Numbered from the stretch's first letter, positions 17,408 through 27,568 are shown. The stretch is DNA of 55,274 nucleotides from Gemmatimonadota bacterium (GCA_038128265.1 JAYPJE010000012.1:37333-92606); one strand, 5' to 3'. Notes: generated by a model from the letters alone, not told the origin. Numbers and translations: made by a program.

Positions 17408-18868
17408 CTACAGTCCCATGCGCTGGCGCTGGCAGGGCGGCGCATCGTAACGCTCTAGCAGGTCAGCCATCTTTGCTGCTAAGCGCGCTTCGAGTGCGCT
17501 GTCGGCAATGGGATGCTGCTGCAGCGGATCGCTTATCATGTCGTAAATGGGATTAAAGTTGGGTGCGTTGTGATGATGCGTGCTCTGCACGGAAAAGCGA
17601 TAGTGCGGCACGCCGTGCGCGCTCGTCAGAAAGGGGCCTAGCTCGGCGCCGGCTAGCTGTTCGCGCCCGTGGAAGCTGGAAAAGCTGACGGGCATGGCGG
17701 TGTGATGGTGAACGACGGAGTCGGGCAGGGCCTGCCTGCAGTAGGTATAGTGCCCGTCCGTTAAGTTGATGTCCTTGCCGAAATAGCCGTAGAGCACGGC
17801 ATCGTGATGCGATGCTTCTCTCTCTAGCAAGTGGCACAGCGAGCGGCCGTGCACGTGCGGCGGCAGCTCGCCGCCGTGCAGTTCCATAAACGTTGGCATT
17901 AGGTCAATGGTTGAGGTCAGCGCCTGCACGCGTCGCGGACCGACATTGGGAGCGCATACGATCAGGGGAATGTGAGCGAGTTCCCCGTAGTCGAACATGT
18001 AATTTTTTGCCCAGTAGCCGTGCTCGCCCAGCAGGTGCCCGTGGTCTGTGCTAAGCACGACGACGGTGTCTTTCCACAGGTCAAATGCGTCCATTGTGTC
18101 GAGGAGTTTGCCGAGCCATGCGTCGGCCATGGACAGGGTGCCTGCGTAGCAGGCGCGAATGTGGTCGATGGCCGCGCCGTCTTCGACAGAAGGGTCTACG
18201 GGTGCGTAGTCTGGCCAGTCGAAGTGCAGCGCGCTATCATCCCAAGTGTCGCCGTACATGGCGCGATATTTTTGCGGACAGGCAAAGGGTTCGTGTGGGT
18301 CAAAACACTCCAAGTGCAGGTGCCAGTTATCGGCACCGTGATTGTGCTCGAGAAATTCGATGGCACGCATAAAGCACTGCGGCGTCGAGTAGTCCTCTTC
18401 GCGCTCGGTATCCATAAAATGCCGGTTGGCCCAGTAGGCGCGCCGGTTGCGGCCGCGGAAGGGGGGCGGCTCGGGCATGTCGACTAGTGGACGCCAGACA
18501 TCGCCCTCCTGACCGCGCTGAAACTCCCAGGAGTCAAACTGGTTGTGGTAGCACTCGCCGCCGGCGTGGTAGTAGTGGTAGTGATCGGTAATCATGTGCG
18601 AGTAGGTGCCGCGCTGCCGGCGCAGTTCGGGCTGCAGGCAGTCATCCCACGGTTGGATCGGGCTCCAGGGGGTCTCGAGAAAGTTGACGTGCCCGGTGTA
18701 CAGGTCCCGCCGAGCCGGCATGCAGGGCATGGAGCAGCAAAAGTGGTTGTCAAAGGTCAGACCGCGCGCGGCAAGGCGATCGATATGAGGGGTCTGCACC
18801 TGGCTGCCGCCATACAGGGGCAGATAGTGCCGGTTGAGCGAGTCGAGCATAATAAACAGCGTTTTCAT
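17408..18868 (-). CDS. Cys-type sulfatase (cytoplasmic)
   Basis: N-terminal MLDSL, CMPARR (CxPxR) motif, DPHEPF and STDHG. Start MKTLF. Confidence 0.92.
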   Translation of the reverse strand: MKTLFIMLDSLNRHYLPLYGGSQVQTPHIDRLAARGLTFDNHFCCSMPCMPARRDLYTGHVNFLETPWSPIQPWDDCLQPELRRQRGTYSHMITDHYHYYHAGGECYHNQFDSWEFQRGQEGDVWRPLVDMPEPPPFRGRNRRAYWANRHFMDTEREEDYSTPQCFMRAIEFLEHNHGADNWHLHLECFDPHEPFACPQKYRAMYGDTWDDSALHFDWPDYAPVDPSVEDGAAIDHIRACYAGTLSMADAWLGKLLDTMDAFDLWKDTVVVLSTDHGHLLGEHGYWAKNYMFDYGELAHIPLIVCAPNVGPRRVQALTSTIDLMPTFMELHGGELPPHVHGRSLCHLLEREASHHDAVLYGYFGKDINLTDGHYTYCRQALPDSVVHHHTAMPVSFSSFHGREQLAGAELGPFLTSAHGVPHYRFSVQSTHHHNAPNFNPIYDMISDPLQQHPIADSALEARLAAKMADLLERYDAPPCQRQRMGL

Positions 18869-19024
18869 AGGACCCCCATCGTCTCCCGTGCGAACGTCGG
18901 CTCGGTTGGGCATTGGCCAACCGGTTGTGTCGCTCGATTGCAAGGTGCACAGGGCCGGTCGCGGGCAACGGCCAAGTGTGTGGTTGATTCCATGGCAGCG
19001 GGTGCCGAGCGCACAGAGGTGGCG

Positions 19025-19855
19025 CTATGCTCCTTTTCGCTGCGGCGTGCGCGGCAGCGGTTCGAGGGGCTGCACAATCTTGCGTCGCTCGGGCGTTAGG
19101 CGCTGCAGTAGCTCGGGCGACGGCTGGTAGCCGTGGCGAAAGTTGCCCCACGAAGGCCCGTAGCGATAGATGATAACGCGGCGTTCGCCCGGGTTGGTGC
19201 GCTTGGCCGAGCCGTGCGACAGGCCGTCGACAAAGACGATGGCGTCGCCCTTTTCCATGTGAACTTCCACGGCGCCCTCGATGCCGTCGACGCTGGCACC
19301 CTCGGGCTTCATGCGGTGCTGGTCAAAGTGCGGGTGTTTGAAGTTAGACTTGTGGCTGCCGGGAATAATCATCGTTCCGCCGTCTCCGCTTGCGATATCG
19401 GTCAGTGCCATCAGCACGTTGACCTGGCCGCACATAAAGCGGCCGCCGTGGTAGCGGAACTGGTTGCGGTGAATGGGTGGGTAGCCGCCCGAGTGCAGGC
19501 CAATGGCTTCGCCGGGCTGGCGAAAGTGGGCGAAATTTTCGTCGATGAAGAGCGGGCCATGATGGTAGTCAAAGGAGCCCTCGCCGCCGACAAAGAGCTT
19601 GAGATGGTCGAACCACGATGGATGGTCAATGAGCTTTTCAAACGGCGTGCCGCCCTCGTAGATCTGCTGCAGGTTAAGCCCGTCGCTGGTGCCATAGGAA
19701 TGCGCGTGCACGTAGCCGTGCCACTCGCCCGGCTTCATGCGCGGTATTTCGTCAAGGGCGGCATTGAGCTCGCCTACCTCAACTGAGCTGAGAGCACCTT
19801 TGAGCAGGACGTAGCCGCGCAGGTCAAATAGATAGGTGTCGAGGTCGCTGACCAT
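19025..19855 (-). CDS. Phytanoyl-CoA dioxygenase (PhyH) family Fe/2OG enzyme, HxG variant
   Basis: GYVLLKGAL, GGTMIIPGSHK and distal HGS...ERR. The first metal motif is LHSG. Confidence 0.88.
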   Translation of the reverse strand: MVSDLDTYLFDLRGYVLLKGALSSVEVGELNAALDEIPRMKPGEWHGYVHAHSYGTSDGLNLQQIYEGGTPFEKLIDHPSWFDHLKLFVGGEGSFDYHHGPLFIDENFAHFRQPGEAIGLHSGGYPPIHRNQFRYHGGRFMCGQVNVLMALTDIASGDGGTMIIPGSHKSNFKHPHFDQHRMKPEGASVDGIEGAVEVHMEKGDAIVFVDGLSHGSAKRTNPGERRVIIYRYGPSWGNFRHGYQPSPELLQRLTPERRKIVQPLEPLPRTPQRKGA

Positions 19856-19873
19856 AGAGGTATGCTCCGCGTA

Positions 19874-20821
19874 TTATAGCGCACCGTAGGCACGCAGGGC
19901 CGTGTCGTGAAATAGAGCCATTTGCTCATCGCGCGAGTACTCGGCGCTCCAACTGAGAAAATGACCGTATAGGGTGGGAATGTCGATGTCTTTATAGCGG
20001 TCGACCGGATAGTTGCTGGCAAACATGCAGCGCTCAACGCCAAAGAGGTCAATGGTCTCGCGCACCCGATCGCGCACAAAAGCCGTTTTGGCCGGGTCGC
20101 GGTGATAGTCGCTACATCCAAACCACAACATAGATAGCTTCATATAGGTGTTGGGCAGTTCGGCCAGCGCGCGCAGGCTCTGGCGCCACAGGGCTTGGTG
20201 CTCTGCGTCGCCGCCGCTCAGCAAGAAGCCTAGGTGGTTGATTGCGACGCGCAGGTCGGGTACTTCGCCCAGTGCGGCCACGGCGTCGGCCACCTGATGT
20301 GGATGGCAGGACAGGTCAAAGGCCAGCTCGTCTCGCTGCAGCAGGCCCAGGCCTCGGCGAAAGTTTGGTTGGGCGAAAAACGCGCCGTGTTCCACCTGCG
20401 GCCAGGTCAGTTCGGGCAGGTCTGGGTGGTGGTTGAGGATCATGCGCACGCCGCGCAGGCGCCCTTCGGATACCTCGCGATGCTGCGCTATGGTGCGCTC
20501 GACCTCTAGCGCGTCGCGTCCCAAGTGGACGTAGGCGACGATGCCAAAGGGTTGGCCCAGCGGCTGCAGCTGCTGGCAGACCCAGCGCGTTTCGTCGACG
20601 GTGTCTATGGCCGCTCCGCCGGGCATCTGGCCGACGACGGTCTCGACGTGCAGGCCGGATACGCGCTGCAGGGGAGCCGGCAAGAGGTCCATGTCGCGCT
20701 GGTAGTCACTCGCTAAGTAGGTACTGTCGTTGCCCAGATTGGGGTTGGGGCGATTGGGCACGTCCCACAGGTGGAAATGCGGATCGCACAGCGGCAGAAC
20801 ATCGATTTTATCGGTGGCCAT
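19874..20821 (-). CDS. Amidohydrolase family protein (sugar lactonase-like)
   Basis: DPHFHLW, INHLG, YMKLS and MFASNYPVD. Confidence 0.88.
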   Translation of the reverse strand: MATDKIDVLPLCDPHFHLWDVPNRPNPNLGNDSTYLASDYQRDMDLLPAPLQRVSGLHVETVVGQMPGGAAIDTVDETRWVCQQLQPLGQPFGIVAYVHLGRDALEVERTIAQHREVSEGRLRGVRMILNHHPDLPELTWPQVEHGAFFAQPNFRRGLGLLQRDELAFDLSCHPHQVADAVAALGEVPDLRVAINHLGFLLSGGDAEHQALWRQSLRALAELPNTYMKLSMLWFGCSDYHRDPAKTAFVRDRVRETIDLFGVERCMFASNYPVDRYKDIDIPTLYGHFLSWSAEYSRDEQMALFHDTALRAYGAL

Positions 20822-20832
20822 GAGCCATTCTC

Positions 20833-21399
20833 CTATAGGCCGAGTTCGTCTTTGCGCTCGCGTAGCGCGGCGATGACGTCGGCGGTTATTTCATCGAAGC
20901 GTACGCCGAGCATCTCGGCGCCGCGCTCTACAATATCGCGCTGCACGCCAGCGGCGAAGCTCTTCTGCTTCCATTTTTTCTTGACGGATTTCACTTCTAA
21001 GTCAGCGACGCTCTTAGATGGGCGCACCAGCGCACAGGCGGTGACAAAGCCGCTCAGCTCGTCGACTGTGTAGAGGGTCTTTTCCAGCAGGCTCTGCGGC
21101 TCGACTTCCGTGCAGATGCCCCAACCGTGTGATAACACGGCGCGAATATAGCGTTCGGGCCAGCCGTTGGCGCGCAGAATTTCTTCCGTTTTCTGGCAGT
21201 GCTGTTCGGGGAACCGTTCGTAATCGAGGTCGTGAATCAGACCAATTGTTCCCCACTCCTCTTCATCTTCACCGGCCTTGCGAGCCATATAGCGCATAGC
21301 GGCCTCTACCGCTTTGCCGTGATGGATCAGCGATTCGCTCTCGTTATACTGGAGCAGCAAGTCGAGCGCTTGCTGGCGGGTCGGCGCATTCTCGCCCAT
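20833..21399 (-). CDS. HD-domain (HDIG) putative hydrolase
   Basis: GLIHDLDYE, DELSGF..ACALVRPSK and FAAGV.R. Confidence 0.88.
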   Translation of the reverse strand: MGENAPTRQQALDLLLQYNESESLIHHGKAVEAAMRYMARKAGEDEEEWGTIGLIHDLDYERFPEQHCQKTEEILRANGWPERYIRAVLSHGWGICTEVEPQSLLEKTLYTVDELSGFVTACALVRPSKSVADLEVKSVKKKWKQKSFAAGVQRDIVERGAEMLGVRFDEITADVIAALRERKDELGL

Positions 21400-21536
21400 G
21401 GGTGAGCACGTCCCTTCTGCGGCGTTTGCCGCGCCGCGTATGCAGTGGCAAAAAGGTAGTGAAATGCTCTTATTCTGTTGTGAGAGTCTTATAAATAGCT
21501 TGGCTTTTCTACTGCGTCAATACGCGCTCGCCCATC

Positions 21537-22124
21537 GTGCAATACATCGAACACATCATTTCCATCTTGCGTCAGCTTGGTGCACCCGGTCTATTGGGTC
21601 TGGCGTTTATCGATTCAGCGGGTATTCCCACGGGCGGTGGGCCGGATTGGGTGATTGTCGTTCTGCTCAGCGCGCGTCAAATGCTGGCGGATTTTCTCCT
21701 GATTGTTCCCCTAGCTGTGCTTGGGTCGACCATCGGTTGCCTAGTGCCGTACTACTTGGGCCGGCGCGGCGGTGAGATGGTGCTCCGGCGGTTTGACGCG
21801 TCGCGGCGCGACGCCGTGCGCGCAAAAATCGCCCGCTATGGATTTTGGGCGATGGTCTTTTCCGTTCTGGCGCCGCCCCCCTACCCGATGAAAGTCTTTA
21901 TTGTCTCCGCGGGCGTATTCCGCATGCCCTTGGGCACGTTTGTCTGCGCCGTGCTGCTTGGGCGCTGCGTGCGCTACTCGATTGTTGGCTATCTGGCCGT
22001 GCGCTATGGCGAGCAGGCCGGCGATCTAATGCGAGAACACGTTTTTATTATCGCTGGTGTAGCGGCGGCGCTTATCGTCTGCGTGTTACTGGTCCAGAAC
22101 GGGCGGCGGCGCGCGATGCGCTGA
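21537..22124 (+). CDS. DedA/VTT (YqaA-like) membrane protein
   Basis: GSTIG..YYLGRRGG, PPPYPMKVF..SAG and GRCVRY. Confidence 0.85.
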   Translation: MQYIEHIISILRQLGAPGLLGLAFIDSAGIPTGGGPDWVIVVLLSARQMLADFLLIVPLAVLGSTIGCLVPYYLGRRGGEMVLRRFDASRRDAVRAKIARYGFWAMVFSVLAPPPYPMKVFIVSAGVFRMPLGTFVCAVLLGRCVRYSIVGYLAVRYGEQAGDLMREHVFIIAGVAAALIVCVLLVQNGRRRAMR

Positions 22125-22125
22125 C

Positions 22126-22154
22126 TTGTCGGTGAACGGGCGCCCTCGTATCTT
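22126..22154 (+). promoter_or_regulatory. Putative sigma70 promoter
   Basis: TTGTCG-N17-TATCTT about 25 nt upstream of the 22179 start. Confidence 0.45.
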
Positions 22155-22178
22155 GATGCGACAAAAGAGGAGCGACAG

Positions 22179-23048
22179 ATGATTGAACACCCTTATGCGG
22201 ACTTGAGCGGTGGGCGCTGGTTGGTGGGGAACCTACACGCGCATACCACGGCCAGCGATGGCCAGCGCGATCACCAGGCCGTTATCGACGACTATGCCGG
22301 TCGCGGCCACGGCTTTTTGATGATTTCCGATCACGACATTCTCACCGATGCGGAAGACTACGCCGATTTTGACGCGCAGGGCATGATCCTGATTCCCGGC
22401 AACGAGATTACCGCAAACGGCCCGCACATGCTGCACGTGGGAGCCAGTGGGTTGGTAGAACCGCATGCCGACCGCCAACGCGTCATCGAAGGGGTCAAGG
22501 ACAACGGCGGCTTTGTTCTATTCAATCACCCCAACTGGCAATCGCGCTTTAGCCACTGTCCCCAAGAGATGATGGACACGTGCCAGGATTACGTTGGACT
22601 AGAAATTTACAATGGCGTGATCAGTCGCCTCGACGGCAGTCCCTATGCAACCAACCGCTGGGATATGCTGCTGAGTGCCGGACGGCGCCTATGGGGCTAT
22701 GCAAATGACGATAGCCATGCGGCCACCGGCGATGTTGGCCTGGGGTGGAACGCGGTCTATGTCGAGGACGAGACGCCAGAAGGCGTGGTCGATGCGCTGG
22801 CGCGCGGGCGTTTCTATGCCTCGACGGGCGTCGAGATTACCCGCATCGAGGTCGATGGTCACCGCGTTGTCATCGAAGCAGAAAACGCCGCACGCATCGT
22901 CGCCCTGCGCGATACCGGCCGGCGGTTGGCCACGGTCGATGGTCGCAAAATGGAATTTGAAGTGCCCGAAGGGGCGCGCTATGTGCGCTTTGAATGCTGG
23001 GGTGACGGTGAGGCCTTCGCCTGGACACAGCCCTTCTTCGTGCACTAG
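22179..23048 (+). CDS. PHP-domain metallohydrolase (CehA/McbA-like)
   Basis: GNLHAHTTASDG, ISDHD, NHP and NDDSH. Confidence 0.88.
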   Translation: MIEHPYADLSGGRWLVGNLHAHTTASDGQRDHQAVIDDYAGRGHGFLMISDHDILTDAEDYADFDAQGMILIPGNEITANGPHMLHVGASGLVEPHADRQRVIEGVKDNGGFVLFNHPNWQSRFSHCPQEMMDTCQDYVGLEIYNGVISRLDGSPYATNRWDMLLSAGRRLWGYANDDSHAATGDVGLGWNAVYVEDETPEGVVDALARGRFYASTGVEITRIEVDGHRVVIEAENAARIVALRDTGRRLATVDGRKMEFEVPEGARYVRFECWGDGEAFAWTQPFFVH

Positions 23049-23071
23049 CGTCATAACAGCGGTCCCGCTGG

Positions 23072-23105
23072 CAAAGCCCTCCTGTTTGCACACAGGGGGG
23101 TTTTG
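23072..23105 (+). terminator. Hairpin, probable intrinsic terminator
   Basis: caaagccctcctgt / acaggggggttttg stem with G-U pairs, ending in a short T-run. Confidence 0.55.
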
Positions 23106-23122
23106 TATTGAAAGGAGCGGAT

Positions 23123-24193
23123 ATGAAGCAGATTCTTCACGAAGACATGTTCTGCTGGTCGGTGTTTAGCGAGCTGCGACAAATCGACTTTAACGGCCAC
23201 CTGTGGGTGCGCGAAGAAGGCAATGTGCTCATCGATCCGGTGGCGATGAGCGAGAGCGATCTACACCAGTTTGACCGACTGGGCGGCGCGGTCTTGATTG
23301 TGCTAACAAACGCCGACCACGAGCGCGAGGCGGCATTTTTCCGCGCGCGAACGGGGGCCTCTGTCGTCGTGCACAGCGACGATGCCGATGCCCTCTCGGT
23401 CGACGTTGACCGCATGGTCGAAGACGGCGAGGAGATTGTTCCCGGCTTGGAGACAATTCACCTGCGCCACGGCAAGAGCCCGGGAGAAATAGCGCTCTAT
23501 TGGCCGGCTCGCCGTCTGGTTCTGGCTGGCGATTTGGTGGTGGGCGCGCCGCTGGGTCGACTTAGCCTGCTAATGAACGACAAGCTGGCCGATCCGCCGC
23601 GTGCGGCACTGGACCTTCGCAAGGTCTTGGCGCGGCCGTTTGATGCCATACTCGTCGGCGACGGTCATTCAATTATGCACGGTGCGCGCGAAAAGCTGCT
23701 CGAGTGCTTGGAACGGCGCGAGGATATCTACATCAATAAGGTGAACGTCGAAGAGCTGCCGTGGCTGGAGGCTATCGATCGCCCTGGATATAGCTGGCAG
23801 GCCAAGGACATTGACCCGCTTGTTGGTGGACGTCGACTGGGCTACCAATTCGTGCGCCTGCCTCAGGGCGAGAGCATCTGTCCGCTGCACTTTCACCACT
23901 TTGGCGAAGAAATGTTTTACGCAGTGGAGGGCACGTGCACGCTGCGCACGCCGCGCGGCGATTGGCCGGTGCGCGCCGGTGACGTCATTGCCTTCCCGCC
24001 TGGACCGTCGGGGGCGCATGCGTTTATCAACGAGGGATCCGGCGAGTGCGTGCTGCTGGCGCTGGGCGAACAGCTGGCACACGACGTATGTGAGTATCCG
24101 AATTCGCGAAAAATCAACGTTTTTGCCAAGCGCGCAACCGGTGATGCCATCTATCAAACCGGCGATTGCGTTAGCTATTGGGAGGGTGAATAA
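23123..24193 (+). CDS. MBL-fold and cupin fusion protein
   Basis: N-terminal MBL fold with degenerate LTNADH, GKSPGE and LAGD. C-terminal cupin HFHHFGEEMFY..EG...AH.F.N. RBS aaggag. Confidence 0.8.
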   Translation: MKQILHEDMFCWSVFSELRQIDFNGHLWVREEGNVLIDPVAMSESDLHQFDRLGGAVLIVLTNADHEREAAFFRARTGASVVVHSDDADALSVDVDRMVEDGEEIVPGLETIHLRHGKSPGEIALYWPARRLVLAGDLVVGAPLGRLSLLMNDKLADPPRAALDLRKVLARPFDAILVGDGHSIMHGAREKLLECLERREDIYINKVNVEELPWLEAIDRPGYSWQAKDIDPLVGGRRLGYQFVRLPQGESICPLHFHHFGEEMFYAVEGTCTLRTPRGDWPVRAGDVIAFPPGPSGAHAFINEGSGECVLLALGEQLAHDVCEYPNSRKINVFAKRATGDAIYQTGDCVSYWEGE

Positions 24194-25212
24194 TGAACAG
24201 TGCCATTGTGGTGACGCCGGGATTTGACGGCGTGTGGCCTTTTGCAGGAGACCATTTTTGCGCGCTGTGGAAAGCGCAGGGCGAGGTGCAATTTGTGCGC
24301 ATGGCGCCCGACGACGAGCGCCCCATTGGCGATGTCGTGGAAGATGCGGCTTCCGTCCAGCGTTTGGCGTGTCTGGGCGCGCGTGCGACGCGCACGTGCT
24401 TGGAGCAGTTTACCGCCTTGGAAGAGGCGACGTTTCAGGGATCCTACGGATCCCAGATCGACGAAGCCTGCGGGGCCTATTTGCAAGAGCGCGGCGTCGC
24501 CGTATACCAGCATCCCTCCGAGGGCTTTTGGGGGCAGTCGGTCTCCGAATTTGGCCTGGCGCTGACGCTGTGCGGTTTGCGCCGCATTCCGCAGCTGCAC
24601 CATGCCATTCTGACCGATCTGCAGCCGTGGGACTACAATCCGCCGGGAGGGCACGGCCTGCCGAGTGCGCGCGGCCACCAGTTTGGCGACGACGCCTCCT
24701 TCACCAGCGGCACGTTGAGCAATAAGCGCGTGCGCATCGTCGGCGCGGGCAATATCGCCAGCCGCTATGCCAGCTTTGCTTCTTTTATGGGTGCGGATGT
24801 AGCCGCCTGGGATCCCTTTGCCAGCGAACCGTGCTTTCACCGAGCCGGCGCGCGGCGCGAGTACCATCTGGAAAAGCTGGTAGAGGATGCGGAGGTCTTC
24901 GTGCCGATGGTGCCGCTGACCGATTCAACGAAAAACTTGGTGCGCGCCGAACACATCGACGCGCTGCCGACGGGCTGTTTAGTGGTTATGGTGACGCGCG
25001 CAAAGATTTGCGATACGGAGGCTATTCGTCGACGCGTGCTGGCTGACGAGCTGAGCCTGGCTGCTGACGTGTGGGACGTGGAGCCCCTGCCGCTAGGCGA
25101 TCCGCTGCTGGGACGCCATAATGTGGTGCACACGCCGCACAATGCCGGACGCACCATTGATGCGAACAAGGCGTGGGCGGAAAAGTTAGTCGTTCAGTTT
25201 AGGCCGCGCTGA
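24193..25212 (+). CDS. D-isomer-specific 2-hydroxyacid dehydrogenase family
   Basis: IVGAGNIA, ADVWDVEPLP and TPHNAG. Confidence 0.88.
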   Translation: MNSAIVVTPGFDGVWPFAGDHFCALWKAQGEVQFVRMAPDDERPIGDVVEDAASVQRLACLGARATRTCLEQFTALEEATFQGSYGSQIDEACGAYLQERGVAVYQHPSEGFWGQSVSEFGLALTLCGLRRIPQLHHAILTDLQPWDYNPPGGHGLPSARGHQFGDDASFTSGTLSNKRVRIVGAGNIASRYASFASFMGADVAAWDPFASEPCFHRAGARREYHLEKLVEDAEVFVPMVPLTDSTKNLVRAEHIDALPTGCLVVMVTRAKICDTEAIRRRVLADELSLAADVWDVEPLPLGDPLLGRHNVVHTPHNAGRTIDANKAWAEKLVVQFRPR

Positions 25213-25256
25213 ACGTGCGTCGCTAACCGTACGAGCGTGCAGGAGCGCCGTTTTCG

Positions 25257-25285
25257 TTGCCCGTCTCGATGGCTGCCTTTATCTT
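25257..25285 (+). promoter_or_regulatory. Putative sigma70 promoter
   Basis: TTGCCC-N17-TATCTT, with the same -10 hexamer as the 22126 candidate. Confidence 0.45.
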
Positions 25286-25330
25286 CTCTACGTCCATTTT
25301 CACCAGCAATCAAAGTGAGGGAGTTTCCCT

Positions 25331-27568
25331 ATGGCCGCCTCTATTGACACGGCACTCGCCGGGCAGAAACGGCGCAACGACAAGCTGTTAAAAGACGCCC
25401 GTTATCTGGGCCAGCGCGTGCGCTCGCAGGTGCTGCCGCTGCAGGTCGATATCGCCAAAGACAAGGCGCTGAGCAAGGCGCAGGTCGATGCGTTAGGTGG
25501 GCTGCAGATTGCCGCCGCGCACACGGCGATCCGCTCGTTGGGTTCGCTGGCCAAAATTGGCGAAGTCGATCACTTAGGCGGTGGATTGGAGCTTATTCCC
25601 TCGCTGCTGCTGACGCTGGCCGTGACCGACTACGAGCAGGTCGATTATACGATTGAGCACGCCCACACCAGCGTGGGCTATTATGCGGCGCTATCGGCGC
25701 TGGGTTTCATCGGAGAGGAGGCCGTGGTCGATGCGTTTCGCCGCAGCCTCGACGTGCCCGGCCACGTATCCTGGCTGCCGGGCGGCACCCAGCTCAACGG
25801 CGGTCGCCTCGGGGTGATGATCCCCGTCGCCGTCGGCCAGGCGCTGGGCAAGAAAGCCAAGCGCGGTAAAGGCGCATGGGTGGTGTGCCACTGCGGCGAC
25901 GCCGGCTACGTGTCGGGTCAGGCGCTCAACGGCTTTAACGGGGCCGATGTGCACGGCGCGCCGATCACGTTTGTGATGCACCGGAACGGCATCCAGCTGT
26001 CGGGCAGCACGGAGAGCATTCTCGACAAAGACCCGCGGCCCATGGTGGCAGCGATGGGCATCGAGATTATCGAGGTGAAATCGCTGCACGACATGGCTGC
26101 GCTCTACCGGGCCTATCGCAAGGCCTATGCGCTGGCTCAGCGCGGCAGGCCGAGCATGATCTATCCAACGGGCGAGGAGACCACCTTGGCCCAATTTGCC
26201 AAGGCCAACGGCATCAGCGCGGCCGTTGACGCCTTTGCTGGGCAACAGGGTGTCGACACCGGCAAGAAAGTGTGGATTCCCGGCTCGTTAATGAGCTATG
26301 GCGACATCGAGGCCATGCTGGAGTGCATCTTCTTGGTCAACAACCTGCCCGGTGGTAAAGGGCATCACGACGGCCATATGAAGGGACGCGATGTCGAAGG
26401 CGTGCTGAAAAATCCCATGCTCAAGCCCAGTGCGGACCAGCGTCGCGCCCTGTCGGCTCTGCAGCGCCGCGCGAAACGCGCAGTGGTGACAAAAGCGCGG
26501 CCGGCTCCGGGCAGCCGCAACCTGACGCTGTCGAAAGCAGCGCGTAAGGCGATCGCGCTTAAGGGCGTTGGCGAGAGCGACAGCGCGCGCTCCGGATCCG
26601 AGGCCGGCTATGCGCTGGTGGCCAAGCAGCATCCCGACAGCGTATTTGTCGTCAGCTGTGACCTAGACCCTTCGACTAAGTTGGCCAAGGCGCGCTCGTT
26701 TTTGGCCAGCGACCACCAGTTTGAAATGAGCATCGAAGAGCAGGCGGCTACCTTGGTCACCAACGGGCTGGCGATGAGCGGTTCCGAGCCACAGCTCAAC
26801 GTCGTATCGACCTTTGCCGCCTTTTTTGAAGGCATCGCGCGCGAGGGCTTTGACCTGTGGCGCTACCAGCGCAATCTCAACGGCGTTAACGAGGGGCTCA
26901 ATGTGGCTTTTCACATCTCGCACGTGGGCGCCTGCACGGGCCGCGACCACTTTTCGGGATGGGGGCTCGACTGGATCAACGTCGGCCTGACCTACCTGCC
27001 CTACTTACATCGCTTTTACGCGCCGGCCGATGCGCGCGCCGCCTTTATTGCCACCTGCGATTTGGCCGCTCATTACGGCGGGCATATTATCGGCATTCCG
27101 CGCGACAACCTGCCGATTTTGGCGAAGCAGGACGGATCGGGTCCGCTGTGGGAAACGACTGATGCCTGGGAAGATGTGACGGCCTATCGCCAATATAAGG
27201 GTGCAAAAAAAGCGATTCTGGCTCTGGGAGCGCCGGCGTTTCTGGCCGGCGAAGCGGCAGAAAAGTTGGGCAACGTCGACGTGCATATCGTCAACGGGTT
27301 GCCCCTGTCGGCAGGTCGCTTGGAAAAGTTGGTGCGGCGCTACCCGGGCGGCGTGGTGACCATCGAAGACGGCTTTATCGGCACGGCGGAGACGGGCGTG
27401 CGCGGCTTTGCCGGATTGGTGGCCGGCGTGGCATCTAGCGCGAAGATTCGGGCGGCGCATTTGGGTGTCACCGATCCGCGCACTGCGCCATCCGAAGGCC
27501 ATATGGAAACCTGGGCCCACTTTGGTATGACGCGCGCTGCGCTGATGCAGGCCGTTAAGAATGTGTGA
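25331..27568 (+). CDS. Transketolase-like ThDP-dependent enzyme (divergent)
   Basis: HLGG, PGH, G.LG, ThDP motif GDAG...RNGIQLSG, SCDL..STK, SIEEQ and TIEDG. Confidence 0.8.
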   Translation: MAASIDTALAGQKRRNDKLLKDARYLGQRVRSQVLPLQVDIAKDKALSKAQVDALGGLQIAAAHTAIRSLGSLAKIGEVDHLGGGLELIPSLLLTLAVTDYEQVDYTIEHAHTSVGYYAALSALGFIGEEAVVDAFRRSLDVPGHVSWLPGGTQLNGGRLGVMIPVAVGQALGKKAKRGKGAWVVCHCGDAGYVSGQALNGFNGADVHGAPITFVMHRNGIQLSGSTESILDKDPRPMVAAMGIEIIEVKSLHDMAALYRAYRKAYALAQRGRPSMIYPTGEETTLAQFAKANGISAAVDAFAGQQGVDTGKKVWIPGSLMSYGDIEAMLECIFLVNNLPGGKGHHDGHMKGRDVEGVLKNPMLKPSADQRRALSALQRRAKRAVVTKARPAPGSRNLTLSKAARKAIALKGVGESDSARSGSEAGYALVAKQHPDSVFVVSCDLDPSTKLAKARSFLASDHQFEMSIEEQAATLVTNGLAMSGSEPQLNVVSTFAAFFEGIAREGFDLWRYQRNLNGVNEGLNVAFHISHVGACTGRDHFSGWGLDWINVGLTYLPYLHRFYAPADARAAFIATCDLAAHYGGHIIGIPRDNLPILAKQDGSGPLWETTDAWEDVTAYRQYKGAKKAILALGAPAFLAGEAAEKLGNVDVHIVNGLPLSAGRLEKLVRRYPGGVVTIEDGFIGTAETGVRGFAGLVAGVASSAKIRAAHLGVTDPRTAPSEGHMETWAHFGMTRAALMQAVKNV

